This document shows, in pieces, positions 1 through 9,896 of a stretch of DNA of 64,000 nucleotides. A model generated the notes under the pieces. That model was not told the DNA's origin. It searched no databases and worked only from the letters and a program-made list of their open reading frames with translations. A program made the position numbers and the translations under genes. The stretch comes from a virus (lineage: Duplodnaviria; Caudoviricetes). How positions within the stretch are numbered: position 1 is the first letter of the stretch; every line of letters starts with the position of its first letter. The stretch lies in the IMG/VR virus record IMGVR_UViG_3300036770_005357, one strand, 5' to 3'.

Positions 1-412
1 CCAACATTCTTAATTTACTATAATATTGAGGATCTTTCTTTAGATTATTAACGACATTTTGTTTAGCCACTTGTTTATCCTTTAATACGAGTTTTTTCAT
101 TTCATAGTCTATACCCGCTAAAACTTCATCCGGAGTAACCTTATATTTGACTTGATCCACTCCTTTTTCATAATCTTCCGGATTTTGACCGGTGTACGGA
201 CCAAATGGAGCAATTACTTGCATAGATTCTTTATCTGTTGCGGTAATCTTGCTTTTATCGGTTAATGTACCGAATTTATCTGGATTTTGAGATATATCGG
301 GACTACTAAATGTATCCCAATTAGATGCTCCGGTAACAGCACCTCCTTGATTATAAGGCAATCCTTGCATCATTCTATCACCGGTATCACCTAGTTCTTG
401 TAAGTTAGACAT
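1..412 (-). CDS. Hypothetical phage protein, N-terminal part (runs off the window start)
   Basis: Manual translation from the ATG at 412 (MSNLQELGDTGDRMMQG...NNLKKDPQYYSKLRML) is open to position 1; not in the supplied ORF track. Confidence 0.7.
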   Translation of the reverse strand, partial: MSNLQELGDTGDRMMQGLPYNQGGAVTGASNWDTFSSPDISQNPDKFGTLTDKSKITATDKESMQVIAPFGPYTGQNPEDYEKGVDQVKYKVTPDEVLAGIDYEMKKLVLKDKQVAKQNVVNNLKKDPQYYSKLRML

Positions 413-441
413 ATATATAAATATTATATATTTTATTAATA

Positions 442-984
442 ATGACAACAAATGTCTTTAATGAGAAACAAATAGTGTGGCAAGAAGCACTAAATAATTT
501 TAGTAAAAAAGAAAATTTAATATTTTTAGAAACGGGTCGAATTAGAAACCCAGACTGGAAAACTAGTGATGGAAATTCAACGGATTTTTTCTCAAATCAA
601 CCGTGTATTAAAAAATGTTATTCAATAGATAACGATTCAGAGAATTTTTCCGGGTTTTCTACAACAGAAGAGTATTGTAGACACATACTAACAAATCATC
701 AGTTATCTAAAATAATTTTTTTAAACGGCAACTCAGTGGATATTATTAAAAAAATAAACGAAAAAATAGATGTTGTTCTGTTAGATTCTCTGAATGATTC
801 AGATTTAATCTTTAACGAATTTATTAATATAATAGAAAAAATATCTTCCGAATCTCTAATTATAGTTGATGATGTAAATGATAAAGGTATAAAAGGTAAA
901 AAAATAATAAAATTACTTGAAAAAAATAATATACCGTTTTTTATAAAAAAGCTAATCCAAATGACTGTTTGTTTTTTTATTTAA
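442..984 (+). CDS. Class I SAM-dependent methyltransferase (Methyltransf_24-like)
   Basis: FLETGRIR motif I-like; VVLLDS and LIIVDD motifs typical of small glycan O-methyltransferases. Confidence 0.65.
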   Translation: MTTNVFNEKQIVWQEALNNFSKKENLIFLETGRIRNPDWKTSDGNSTDFFSNQPCIKKCYSIDNDSENFSGFSTTEEYCRHILTNHQLSKIIFLNGNSVDIIKKINEKIDVVLLDSLNDSDLIFNEFINIIEKISSESLIIVDDVNDKGIKGKKIIKLLEKNNIPFFIKKLIQMTVCFFI

Positions 985-999
985 ATGAAAAATTAGTTT

Positions 1000-1830
1000 A
1001 TGAAATGTTGCATAACAATATTAGTACATAAAAATTATATTGGAAAAATTCAAAATATATTAAATAATTTAAATGAATTTTTTTCACCTAATAACCCAAA
1101 TGTTGACATAATATTCTTTATTGAAAAAAATTGTATCGAATATGTTCCGACAAACTTAAATTATAACGGTGGTAAAATAATTTTTTATCATTTAGATAAC
1201 TTTGAACATAAAAATTTAAAAAATTATAATCAAATTCCCGAAAAAGTTTTTTGGTTTGATATTGGTTATAGAATGATGTGTAAATTTTTTGCGGGAGATA
1301 TATTTACGATACTTAATAACTTAGGATATGATTATAGTATTAGATTGGATACGGATTCTAGATTTTATGCACCAATAAGAAATTTATTTGACGAATTTAT
1401 AAGTTTAGATATGGAGTATGGATATATTTCAATTTATAATGAATGCAATGAACTGTGTGCAAATCTTTCTTGTGAAATAAAAAAATATATATTAAATAAC
1501 AATTTAAAATTCAATAAAAATGTTATAATAGACAATTTACTAGATACAAATTTAGCATATTATAATAATTTTGAAATGTTAAAAACAAAAACATTTTTTT
1601 CAGAAAACCACTTAAATTTATTTAAATATTTAAATGAAATTTCCGATGGATTTTTAAAGTATAGATGGGGAGACTCGTTATTTAGATTTAAATATGTACA
1701 ACTGTTTATACCTAATCATAAAATATATTATTTTGGAAATTTATCGTATTTTCATAAAAGTGATTTAAAAAATAAACCGTTTATTTTACATGATTGGAAT
1801 TTTAATGAATTATTTAAAAAATTATTATGA
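1000..1830 (+). CDS. Glycosyltransferase family 15 (KRE2/MNT1-like alpha-1,2-mannosyltransferase)
   Basis: GYRMMCKFFAG, YSIRLDTDS, YYNNFEM and RWGDS match the GT15 hallmarks YRxMCRF, xxRxE/D, F/YxxNFEI and RWGDA. Confidence 0.8.
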   Translation: MKCCITILVHKNYIGKIQNILNNLNEFFSPNNPNVDIIFFIEKNCIEYVPTNLNYNGGKIIFYHLDNFEHKNLKNYNQIPEKVFWFDIGYRMMCKFFAGDIFTILNNLGYDYSIRLDTDSRFYAPIRNLFDEFISLDMEYGYISIYNECNELCANLSCEIKKYILNNNLKFNKNVIIDNLLDTNLAYYNNFEMLKTKTFFSENHLNLFKYLNEISDGFLKYRWGDSLFRFKYVQLFIPNHKIYYFGNLSYFHKSDLKNKPFILHDWNFNELFKKLL

Positions 1831-2492
1831 GTTATGCACCTGAAGAAAAATTTCTTTTAGAAACTATTTTTAAAAATAAAGACAATGTTCGTTTTTTAAA
1901 AATAGGTGCTCATGATGGAACAACATGTGCATTGTATGAAATAATAAAATCAAATAAAACATGGACCGGAATTTTTTTTGAACCTCACAAAAAATTATTT
2001 GAAGAATTAAAAATTAATTACAATAACGATTTTAGATTTTCTTTTGAGAATTATGCTGTATCTGATAAGGATGAAGAAAAAATATTTTATACATTAAATG
2101 AAAATATTGGAAAAATAGAAGGTAATGATAAAAAACTATGTAAATTCACAGAATTAAATTCTTTTTATGAACCTGTTTTAATGAAATTAAAAGATTATTT
2201 TAAATATACTGAAAAAGATGTAGAATGTAACTTAATAAAATCGGTATCTATAAATTCAGTTTTATATAAATATAATATACCCGTCGATTTAGATTTATTG
2301 TATATAGATACGGAAGGACATGATTTAGTAATTTTAAATAAAATAGATTTCTCTAAATATAGAATAAAAGTTTTAGTCTATGAATTTGATAATTCTAACA
2401 CCGATATGGTTTTAAATTTTAGAAATCAACTTAAAAATTTAGGTTATGATATTTATTCATTTTGGTCCGATGATGTTTGTGTTTTAAAATGA
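1827..2492 (+). CDS. FkbM-family methyltransferase
   Basis: FLKIGAHDG, FFEP, NYAVSD, LLYIDTEGHDLVIL, VLVYE motifs. Confidence 0.9.
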   Translation: MSYAPEEKFLLETIFKNKDNVRFLKIGAHDGTTCALYEIIKSNKTWTGIFFEPHKKLFEELKINYNNDFRFSFENYAVSDKDEEKIFYTLNENIGKIEGNDKKLCKFTELNSFYEPVLMKLKDYFKYTEKDVECNLIKSVSINSVLYKYNIPVDLDLLYIDTEGHDLVILNKIDFSKYRIKVLVYEFDNSNTDMVLNFRNQLKNLGYDIYSFWSDDVCVLK

Positions 2493-3106
2493 AAATTTGT
2501 TTAACAACATTGTACGATAAAAATTTCGAAAAATTTATACCGTATGTTTTAAAATCATTCGAAAATTTTTGTGAAATAAATTCATTTGATATTCAAGTAT
2601 ATGATAAATTATTCGATTCAAATTTACATCCATCGTGGAATAAACTATTAGCAATAAAAGAAAGCTTTAAAAAATATGATGTGGTATTTTGGAGCGATGC
2701 GGATTCTTTATTTACCGGTATAAATGAAAATTTTTTAAAAATAAACGATTTCAATGATCAATCTAATTTTATGGTTACATCCGATGAAAACGGAATTTGT
2801 TTAAGTCATATTCTGATTAAGAATGCGGACTACAATTTAAAATTAATCGATACATTATTGTTTTTAAAAGATGTAAAAAACGATGATCTGTTTGGAATTG
2901 GTCCGAAATGGGAACAGAATTCTCTAAAAGCTTTAATGCAACATTTTAATATAGAATTACAAATCATGCATAAAAGATCCATGAAATGGACTACACCTGA
3001 AATGTTTCATAATGATATTTTCTTCTTTCACTATGCCGTACAAACTAATGATAGTAGATATACAGCAATTAAAAACCATTTTGAAAAGTTATATTTAAGT
3101 AAATAA
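2489..3106 (+). CDS. Glycosyltransferase family 34-like (GMA12/MNN10)
   Basis: SWNKLLAI, VFWSDADS (DxD) and WEQNSL; start moved to ATG 2489, which overlaps the upstream stop (ATGA). Confidence 0.75.
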   Translation: MKICLTTLYDKNFEKFIPYVLKSFENFCEINSFDIQVYDKLFDSNLHPSWNKLLAIKESFKKYDVVFWSDADSLFTGINENFLKINDFNDQSNFMVTSDENGICLSHILIKNADYNLKLIDTLLFLKDVKNDDLFGIGPKWEQNSLKALMQHFNIELQIMHKRSMKWTTPEMFHNDIFFFHYAVQTNDSRYTAIKNHFEKLYLSK

Positions 3107-3847
3107 AACTTTTTGTTCACATCCACCAAACCACCAACTCATCTCAGAAAAGGTGCTAAGTTTTGTTCCGTAAAAATATTTACACTTTGATAGTAACAAC
3201 ATATCTACGAAATCATTTTGAATATCTGATAATTTTTCATCTCGTTCATATGTAATAATGTTAGAATATTTGTTTTTTAAATAAAATTTAAATTTAAAAT
3301 CATCACAGGATAGAAATACATTTTCATTTGTAGAAGATAATTTTTTTTCAAAATTGATGAGATAATGTTCATTTGATTTAGATTTTAAAAAAGTTGACCA
3401 ATCATCATATTCTTTATGGTAAGTAGACCACCAAGTTCTAATATGAAAACCTGTTAAATTATTAATTTGAAAATTATTAACTATATCATGTATTTCTTTT
3501 CTTACTATAAAAGAATTTATTATTGATAATATTTTTTCACGAAATATAGGAGGTATACGATCATATTCCGAATCTACATCTCTACATCTTAAATCTCTTT
3601 CCGGCAAATCAAGAGTAACATTATTAAAATAATCGGGAATTTCAATGTCATCATCTTTTATTATTATTCTCCAAGTACACAATGGTATATAATTAATCGT
3701 CGTATCTAATGTAACAAAATCGTTTTCAAAAATGTCACTAAATTGAGTAAAGTTACTTTTACTTTGATTTGATAATCTTAAAACAGAAATTAAGTTTTTC
3801 AATCTGTTACTCAAACCATTTACAGTTGTTGCCAAATATGCTTCCAT
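3095..3847 (-). CDS. Fucosyltransferase-like GT-B protein (NodZ/GT23/O-FucT-like)
   Basis: GLSNRL, GFHIRT, FLSCDD, DMLLLSKC and STFS motifs; start moved to MEAY at 3847, just after the upstream stop. Confidence 0.7.
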   Translation of the reverse strand: MEAYLATTVNGLSNRLKNLISVLRLSNQSKSNFTQFSDIFENDFVTLDTTINYIPLCTWRIIIKDDDIEIPDYFNNVTLDLPERDLRCRDVDSEYDRIPPIFREKILSIINSFIVRKEIHDIVNNFQINNLTGFHIRTWWSTYHKEYDDWSTFLKSKSNEHYLINFEKKLSSTNENVFLSCDDFKFKFYLKNKYSNIITYERDEKLSDIQNDFVDMLLLSKCKYFYGTKLSTFSEMSWWFGGCEQKVLFT

Positions 3848-3852
3848 AAAAT

Positions 3853-4503
3853 TTATTTCCAACTTTTTTCCCAATGATGTACTGCATATGCCAGTGGAGA
3901 AGTTTCTTTAAAATTTTCGTTTCGTCTATCTATTTCCGTAAACCAATATGGGTAAAAATATTCTTTTGTAAAGAAAAAATATGTAGATTCATTTTTATAT
4001 TGACAAGCAATTTTATTAAAAAATTCAGGGCCTGTTATCTTATGAATTTCACTCGGTAGATAAAAATGATTATCGATTGCAAATCGTATACTAATAGGTA
4101 TAGCATTTATGGCATTTTTTATTAATTCATTATTTTCGGCAGATCCAATAAATCCTATAGCAACTTCATTATTAGTTTGAATACCACCTAGAAAATCAAA
4201 TGATAAAAAACTGTCATTGAGTTTTTTTAAAGGTTCAAAATCAGTATCAAAATATAATCCGCCAAATTTATATAAAATTATATATCTTAATATATCGGCT
4301 TTAAAAGCATGTGCAAACTCGTTATTAAAATAATATTCATGTAAAAAATCAGGTATTAAATTATTTTTAATTACATCACCATCTGTCCACAATATTACTC
4401 GGTAATCATCATAAATAGACTTAAACGCATTAATGTTTTTCAAAGAATATTCCGGCAGCGGATTATTTCCAACCCATATAAAATGCAAAACTTTTGGTAT
4501 CAT
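3853..4503 (-). CDS. Glycosyltransferase family 32 (OCH1-like, DxD)
   Basis: IPKVLHFIW, KADILRYIILYKFGGLYFDTD, TGP and HHWEKSW. Confidence 0.9.
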   Translation of the reverse strand: MIPKVLHFIWVGNNPLPEYSLKNINAFKSIYDDYRVILWTDGDVIKNNLIPDFLHEYYFNNEFAHAFKADILRYIILYKFGGLYFDTDFEPLKKLNDSFLSFDFLGGIQTNNEVAIGFIGSAENNELIKNAINAIPISIRFAIDNHFYLPSEIHKITGPEFFNKIACQYKNESTYFFFTKEYFYPYWFTEIDRRNENFKETSPLAYAVHHWEKSWK

Positions 4504-5189
4504 TATTCGATCAAACTTTTAAATACTAAATTTTCGGGTTTGTTTTCTTTTTCTCTAAATGAAAGTTGTTTACATATTATTTCATTCGGAATATAACATT
4601 TCATGACCTCTTTTTTCTTTTCACATTTACAAATATGCGTGAAATAGTTGATTATAAAATCTATAGGAATCGTCGATGATATGATTTTTTCCGCAATTGT
4701 ACTTAATATATTTAAACCATTAAACGCAATCATATGCGTGGTCCAACTTACTTCGGCGTCGGATACATATTTATTAATTTCTGTAAACTTCCAAAATCCA
4801 TCATATTTTTTATGATGATAACCAAAATTTAATATATTCCAACAATTATCAACATTTTCCATAAAATTTAAAAATTTAATTTCATAATCTTTTTCAAAAA
4901 CAATATCATCTTCCAGTATTAAAATTTTATCTTTTTGCATATAAATACATTCTTTTAATATTGATAAATAACAAAGACACAAACTAATTTCATTTGAATT
5001 AGTTATTCTAGGCGAATTCCACAAATCTTTAACCGGATAATTATTTAAAAAATGAGACGGCACGGCAGTTCTAATTTCAAAAGATAAATCATTTTTTTTT
5101 AAATAATCGATTATATATTTTTGCCGTTCAGTATCTACCGATGTAGTTATTACATAGACATCTTTGAAAAAATTATTAATAATATTCAC
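4503..5189 (-). CDS. Glycosyltransferase family 25-like
   Basis: YVITTS..ERQ, EISLCLCY..IL, ILILEDDIVF, WTTHMIAF. Confidence 0.8.
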   Translation of the reverse strand: MNIINNFFKDVYVITTSVDTERQKYIIDYLKKNDLSFEIRTAVPSHFLNNYPVKDLWNSPRITNSNEISLCLCYLSILKECIYMQKDKILILEDDIVFEKDYEIKFLNFMENVDNCWNILNFGYHHKKYDGFWKFTEINKYVSDAEVSWTTHMIAFNGLNILSTIAEKIISSTIPIDFIINYFTHICKCEKKKEVMKCYIPNEIICKQLSFREKENKPENLVFKSLIE

Positions 5190-5210
5190 ACAAATATGTA
5201 GTTTATATAA

Positions 5211-6128
5211 ATGAAAAAAATAAATATTTTAACATATAATAATGGCGTTGGTATAGTTACAGATGCATTTCTTTTAAAAAAAATTATAGAGAATAACATT
5301 ACTGAGAATGTGACCGTGGAATTCATAAATGAAGATATAAAAAACGCAGATGTTGGGGTTTGGATTCAAAACTTTGATATAAATCATCTTTCTAATTTCA
5401 AAAAAAACATATTTTTTATAAATGAAGAATGGTCTGGGACACAAGAGCTAAACAACTTAAATTTATTCGATCATGTAATTTGTAAATCTAAATATGCTTA
5501 CAACTTAATAATCAATTATACTAAATTTAATAAAAATATAATATATATACCGTTTGTTTCACGGAATTTTCATGATAAAAACATTTCTAAAAATAGAAAA
5601 TGCCTACATTTCATGGGTAGATCGATTCAAAAAAATACTGAAGTGGTTTTAAACCAAAATGTAAATATAACTTTAATTGATCCATATAACAGATACAGAC
5701 CGAATACAAACTTTGATCACATCAATACTTATCAAACAGATGAACAAATAAATTATTTATTAAATTCACACAATATACATATATGCTGCAGTTTATATGA
5801 AAGTTGGGGACATTATTTATTTGAAGGGTTATCTACAGGTGCAGAAATAATATGTAGTGATATACCCATATTTAAAGAACAATTAGATCCGGATCTTGTA
5901 CATTTCATACCAACACAAGAAAAAATAGATACATCATATTTGTATTGTTCTGATAATGTAGATAATAAATTTATGATTAGAAAATCTTTTTTTGTAAATG
6001 AAAATTATTTTAAAAATTATATTGAAAATTTTAAACCTATTGGTAAATATGAAGAACGAATAAAATTATTTAACAATATTATAGATAATAATTCAAAAAA
6101 AATAGTAAATTTTTTCAAGAATATATAA
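5211..6128 (+). CDS. GT-B glycosyltransferase (GT4-like)
   Basis: HICCSLYESWGHYLFEGLSTGAEIICSD matches the Ex7E nucleotide-sugar-binding motif. Confidence 0.75.
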   Translation: MKKINILTYNNGVGIVTDAFLLKKIIENNITENVTVEFINEDIKNADVGVWIQNFDINHLSNFKKNIFFINEEWSGTQELNNLNLFDHVICKSKYAYNLIINYTKFNKNIIYIPFVSRNFHDKNISKNRKCLHFMGRSIQKNTEVVLNQNVNITLIDPYNRYRPNTNFDHINTYQTDEQINYLLNSHNIHICCSLYESWGHYLFEGLSTGAEIICSDIPIFKEQLDPDLVHFIPTQEKIDTSYLYCSDNVDNKFMIRKSFFVNENYFKNYIENFKPIGKYEERIKLFNNIIDNNSKKIVNFFKNI

Positions 6129-6173
6129 ACTTTGAATCGATTATGATAAATTGATATATCATATTAATTTAAA

Positions 6174-6917
6174 TTAAATACAATTTACGAATTTATAATT
6201 GATGTTATTGTTGTATTTTTTTAAAGAATAATTTTTCCACCCATGTGCTTCGTAATATTTTTCATTATAATTAATACCAAATTCACCGATATGTTTTACT
6301 CTAGATTCTTTTGGAACAATGATTGATGTATCGGTTTTGTATTTCTCAACAATTTCCCAGTCGTAAGATCGTTTTTTGTCCCAATATTTTAAAACTTCGG
6401 TCCAAACTCTTTTTGTAACCAACCAACCACATGAATTGAAAAAATCTATACCGTCATTCATGAAATTTTTTATTTCTACAACTTCATGATCGTTTTCCTT
6501 ATAAATTAGGTTTTTAATAAAATTTTCTTTATTTAATAAGGAGAAAATATTGTTATCGTCATAATATTTAGAATTTATATAAAAATTTACTATATCATAT
6601 ACATCATTAGAAAATTCTACATCATCTTCACTCATGAGTACATGATCCAATTTTAGATTTTCAAAACAATAATTTAAACAAATAAAATGATTTAAATTGG
6701 CACCGAATCTATAAGGATTTATTTTCAAATCAAAGTTTTCGTAAATACTAAGCTTTTTTAAAAAAGATTGAACCTGCGACTCTGGTTCATAAAAAAATAT
6801 AAAATTTATCTTATCAAAATTGTTTTGCCGCAGACAACTTTCTACATATTGAGTATGATAATTAACTCGGTGAGGATTCCCCAACCACGAAGCAGCTACG
6901 ATATTTAATTTATTCAT
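6174..6917 (-). CDS. GT-A glycosyltransferase (GT2/GT13-like)
   Basis: LMSEDDVEFS and SRVKHIGEFG motifs; start moved to MNKLNIV at 6917. Confidence 0.65.
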   Translation of the reverse strand: MNKLNIVAASWLGNPHRVNYHTQYVESCLRQNNFDKINFIFFYEPESQVQSFLKKLSIYENFDLKINPYRFGANLNHFICLNYCFENLKLDHVLMSEDDVEFSNDVYDIVNFYINSKYYDDNNIFSLLNKENFIKNLIYKENDHEVVEIKNFMNDGIDFFNSCGWLVTKRVWTEVLKYWDKKRSYDWEIVEKYKTDTSIIVPKESRVKHIGEFGINYNEKYYEAHGWKNYSLKKYNNNINYKFVNCI

Positions 6918-6918
6918 A

Positions 6919-7632
6919 TTAAACTTTAATAATTGGTACATTATAATAATTAATAAAATGACCTTCAAATATTCTTAAATCGTCTGTGATACTCATTTTT
7001 ATATTTTTGTAATAAAAATCGTAAAATTTAGATCTACATAAATATATTTTATTATCACTTATCAAAAAAGAGTTCCAATTTTTATTTTCATTTAAAAAGA
7101 TAGAAATAGCAGCCGAGACATTTGGCCAAAATGCATTAAATGCATCATCAACACATATAACAGTTTGATCAATTGAATTTTCTTTACAAAGATTTAAATC
7201 GGACAAACATTCATCAAGTGAATGACCTCCGTCAATATGATAAAAAGAAATATTATTAAATTTATGATTAACTAAATTACGAGAATTGTCTTTAATTAAT
7301 TTAATTTTATCTAAACAACCATATTTTTTAATTAAATTCAACAACTCAGACTGTATGTTTGTATTACATTTTCCAGACTGAGATATATTTTCCTCTTGAT
7401 TTTCAAATAAATCAATTCCAATAACAGATTTAAAATCTAAATTTGAAAGATGTATCGTCACTCTGCCAAAATATACACCGATTTCCAATGCATTTTCTAT
7501 TAGATTGTTCGAAAATTGAATATTTGAAATATAATTAAATAGTAATAAATCTTTTCTTTTAAAATAGCCAGGAATAGTTAAATCATATTCATCCAATGTA
7601 CACTCATATTTTTTAATATTATTAAAATTCAT
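6919..7632 (-). CDS. Class I SAM-dependent methyltransferase (Methyltransf_24-like)
   Basis: LEIGVYFGR, GIDLFE, YHIDGGHSLDECLSDL, ICVDD. Confidence 0.85.
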   Translation of the reverse strand: MNFNNIKKYECTLDEYDLTIPGYFKRKDLLLFNYISNIQFSNNLIENALEIGVYFGRVTIHLSNLDFKSVIGIDLFENQEENISQSGKCNTNIQSELLNLIKKYGCLDKIKLIKDNSRNLVNHKFNNISFYHIDGGHSLDECLSDLNLCKENSIDQTVICVDDAFNAFWPNVSAAISIFLNENKNWNSFLISDNKIYLCRSKFYDFYYKNIKMSITDDLRIFEGHFINYYNVPIIKV

Positions 7633-8513
7633 AAAATCATCGCGGGGACATTATATATTATATTTAAAAAATCTGCTTTTTTGATAATAATTTTTGATGA
7701 TATACAATCGTTTATTCCAGCGTAAATTTCTATTTTATCACTGGTTACATTAACTGTAGATGGAAATATCACATCCACAATGGTAGGAAATGAATTTAAG
7801 TTTCGTCTCCAATTATAATATTCAAGTTGAAGATTACATTCATATTTGTTAAACGATGGAAATAATGTGTCCCAATAGTAAGCTATAGGTTTTAATTGGG
7901 AATCCAATCTCAACAGTCCACAGTAATAATTTAAATTTATAAAATTCACATTTTTATAACTGTGAAAAAGTAAGTATTTTAATCCATCCACTTCAAATAT
8001 GTTTGTACTTAAACCTGGACAACCAAATCTTTCGATCCACGGTTGCCAATTTATTTTCTGTTTAAAAATTACATTTTCATTTTCATCTAAAATTGTATAT
8101 GGATTAACATGATAAATAATCTTATCACTGTAAAACTGCCAGTGTTTTTCAAAATGTGCATTTTGAGTTTTGAAATGTGTAAATTCTTTTGTGGTTAAAT
8201 TGTACTTTTTAAACTCCACATTTATAATTTTAACCAAATCGTTTTTGTCTCGTTTACAACAACAAACACTTATTTCATTTTCATTTATAAATCTAGCATC
8301 CTCATAACTACATAAATAATTGTCATCCACAAAATGATGTAAGATTACATTATCTTGATCATCCACAATATCACTTACAAGTAGTTTATTTTCAAACTTA
8401 CTTTCTCTGCGAAAAATAGTTTTACCATTAAAATGTGATGGATTGAAATAATTGGCAACACCGTCAAATTTTTTAAGTATATCTACTTGTAAATTATTTA
8501 AATTAAACATCAT
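7629..8513 (-). CDS. Predicted five-bladed beta-propeller carbohydrate-active protein (GH130/GT91-like)
   Basis: YEDARF (EDxR), EKHWQF (EKNW-like), LLFHS, VIFPS and IYAGINDC motifs. Confidence 0.55.
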   Translation of the reverse strand: MMFNLNNLQVDILKKFDGVANYFNPSHFNGKTIFRRESKFENKLLVSDIVDDQDNVILHHFVDDNYLCSYEDARFINENEISVCCCKRDKNDLVKIINVEFKKYNLTTKEFTHFKTQNAHFEKHWQFYSDKIIYHVNPYTILDENENVIFKQKINWQPWIERFGCPGLSTNIFEVDGLKYLLFHSYKNVNFINLNYYCGLLRLDSQLKPIAYYWDTLFPSFNKYECNLQLEYYNWRRNLNSFPTIVDVIFPSTVNVTSDKIEIYAGINDCISSKIIIKKADFLNIIYNVPAMIL

Positions 8514-8563
8514 AACTACACAATATATATTACGAGGATGAATATAATTGGGTTATGATAAGT

Positions 8564-9514
8564 TTATCCAACACGTTCTCCGTTTATAAATTTATTAACG
8601 TCGGATAAACTTTCATTTGAATATTTTTTTATTATATTTTTAAGAGGTAACGGATAATGTTCAACCGTTGGAAAGTTAATGCCGTCAAACGTACCAACCA
8701 TAGGAATCAAAGAAAATCCAACATCGATTGATTTACACCAATCTGCATATGTAGATGTTAACATTAATTGATCTGGATGACCTACAAAATTAACAGAAAC
8801 TGGATAATTAAAACTCTTTAATAATTCAACACGACTCTTATATAATTCCCATCTGAAATTTTTATCAGTCGGATGTAAACTACAATTAATAGCACCAAAA
8901 GATTCAGGAGGCGCCGCCATTACTATTTTTTTGAAAACATCAGCACTTATATTACTCGTTAATGCAATTTTAAAATTCTTTTGAGAAAAAAATGTAAAAA
9001 GTTTTTCAATACCATTATAATATAATGGTTCACCGCCATTTGTATGCCAAATACCACCATCAATTCCATTTATATTAAAAAATCTAGTAAAAGCTTCTAT
9101 CCATTCTTCCGCGGTAAATTGATCACATACATCTGGAATATCGGGATAAGTTTCTTTTGTAGGAAGAGTACAATATTTGCAAGAATAATTACATTTCCAA
9201 GTAGGCGCAAATAATATAGAAACAGCTTTCTTTTTTAACGAATAAGGATCTAAGTTTATAATTTCCTGATAATCTACTTCATTATCATCTTTATAAATTT
9301 TTTTTCTAGCCCAATGACGATCACATACTTGTAAGCATTGTTGGTTTGGACATCTAAATCCAAATTCGTCTTCTCTTAACTTTATTGTATCTTTTATGAT
9401 ATTACCTAAATATGCATCTTTTCGGTAAATTAAAGCATTGCATGTACTAACACGTCCTTCACTTCCAATGCTAAACCAATTATAGCCTGCTGAACAATAT
9501 AATCCATTTTTCAT
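8564..9514 (-). CDS. Radical SAM protein with N-terminal twitch/SPASM-like domain
   Basis: CNYSCKYC (CX3CX2C) and GGEPL; N-terminal CSAG..FSIGSEGRVSTC..LGNI..C..C..CD. Confidence 0.85.
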   Translation of the reverse strand: MKNGLYCSAGYNWFSIGSEGRVSTCNALIYRKDAYLGNIIKDTIKLREDEFGFRCPNQQCLQVCDRHWARKKIYKDDNEVDYQEIINLDPYSLKKKAVSILFAPTWKCNYSCKYCTLPTKETYPDIPDVCDQFTAEEWIEAFTRFFNINGIDGGIWHTNGGEPLYYNGIEKLFTFFSQKNFKIALTSNISADVFKKIVMAAPPESFGAINCSLHPTDKNFRWELYKSRVELLKSFNYPVSVNFVGHPDQLMLTSTYADWCKSIDVGFSLIPMVGTFDGINFPTVEHYPLPLKNIIKKYSNESLSDVNKFINGERVG

Positions 9515-9515
9515 A

Positions 9516-9884
9516 TCATTTAAAATATATTACTTTATAGTACCCTTCATCTATAGTTTTTTTGTTTTTAAAAAACAATTTATTAAATAAATCGCTTTTA
9601 GTCCCATCTAATGTATAACCAATACAAAAACTTATTTTATCACATCCTATTGATTTTGCCATTTCTATGGCTCTGTTTATTTCTTCTTCATCATCATTCC
9701 AAGTAAAAGCACCTTTATTTTCATCTTTCCAAATACTTTCAAATGAATCAATGTTTAAATCTCCAATTTGGCCGGATCCATCAGCATCGTTGCAATTACA
9801 AGAAACGGTTAAATCGGAATTTATACACGTATTATATGAAGTTTCTCCTGATAGGCTAGTACAATAATAATATTTATTAGACAT
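9516..9884 (-). CDS. Small SPASM-like Fe-S domain protein lacking the radical SAM core motif
   Basis: YC..INSDLTVSCNCND..IGDLNIDSFESIW is SPASM-like; no CX3CX2C. Confidence 0.5.
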   Translation of the reverse strand: MSNKYYYCTSLSGETSYNTCINSDLTVSCNCNDADGSGQIGDLNIDSFESIWKDENKGAFTWNDDEEEINRAIEMAKSIGCDKISFCIGYTLDGTKSDLFNKLFFKNKKTIDEGYYKVIYFK

Positions 9885-9896
9885 ATTAAAAATTAA

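Noticed and set aside
940-1030. Possible frameshift in a homopolymer run near the end of the first methyltransferase
   Set aside because: An alternative frame gives a plausible tail, but the annotated frame ends cleanly 15 nt before the next ATG. It cannot be decided without reads or homologues.
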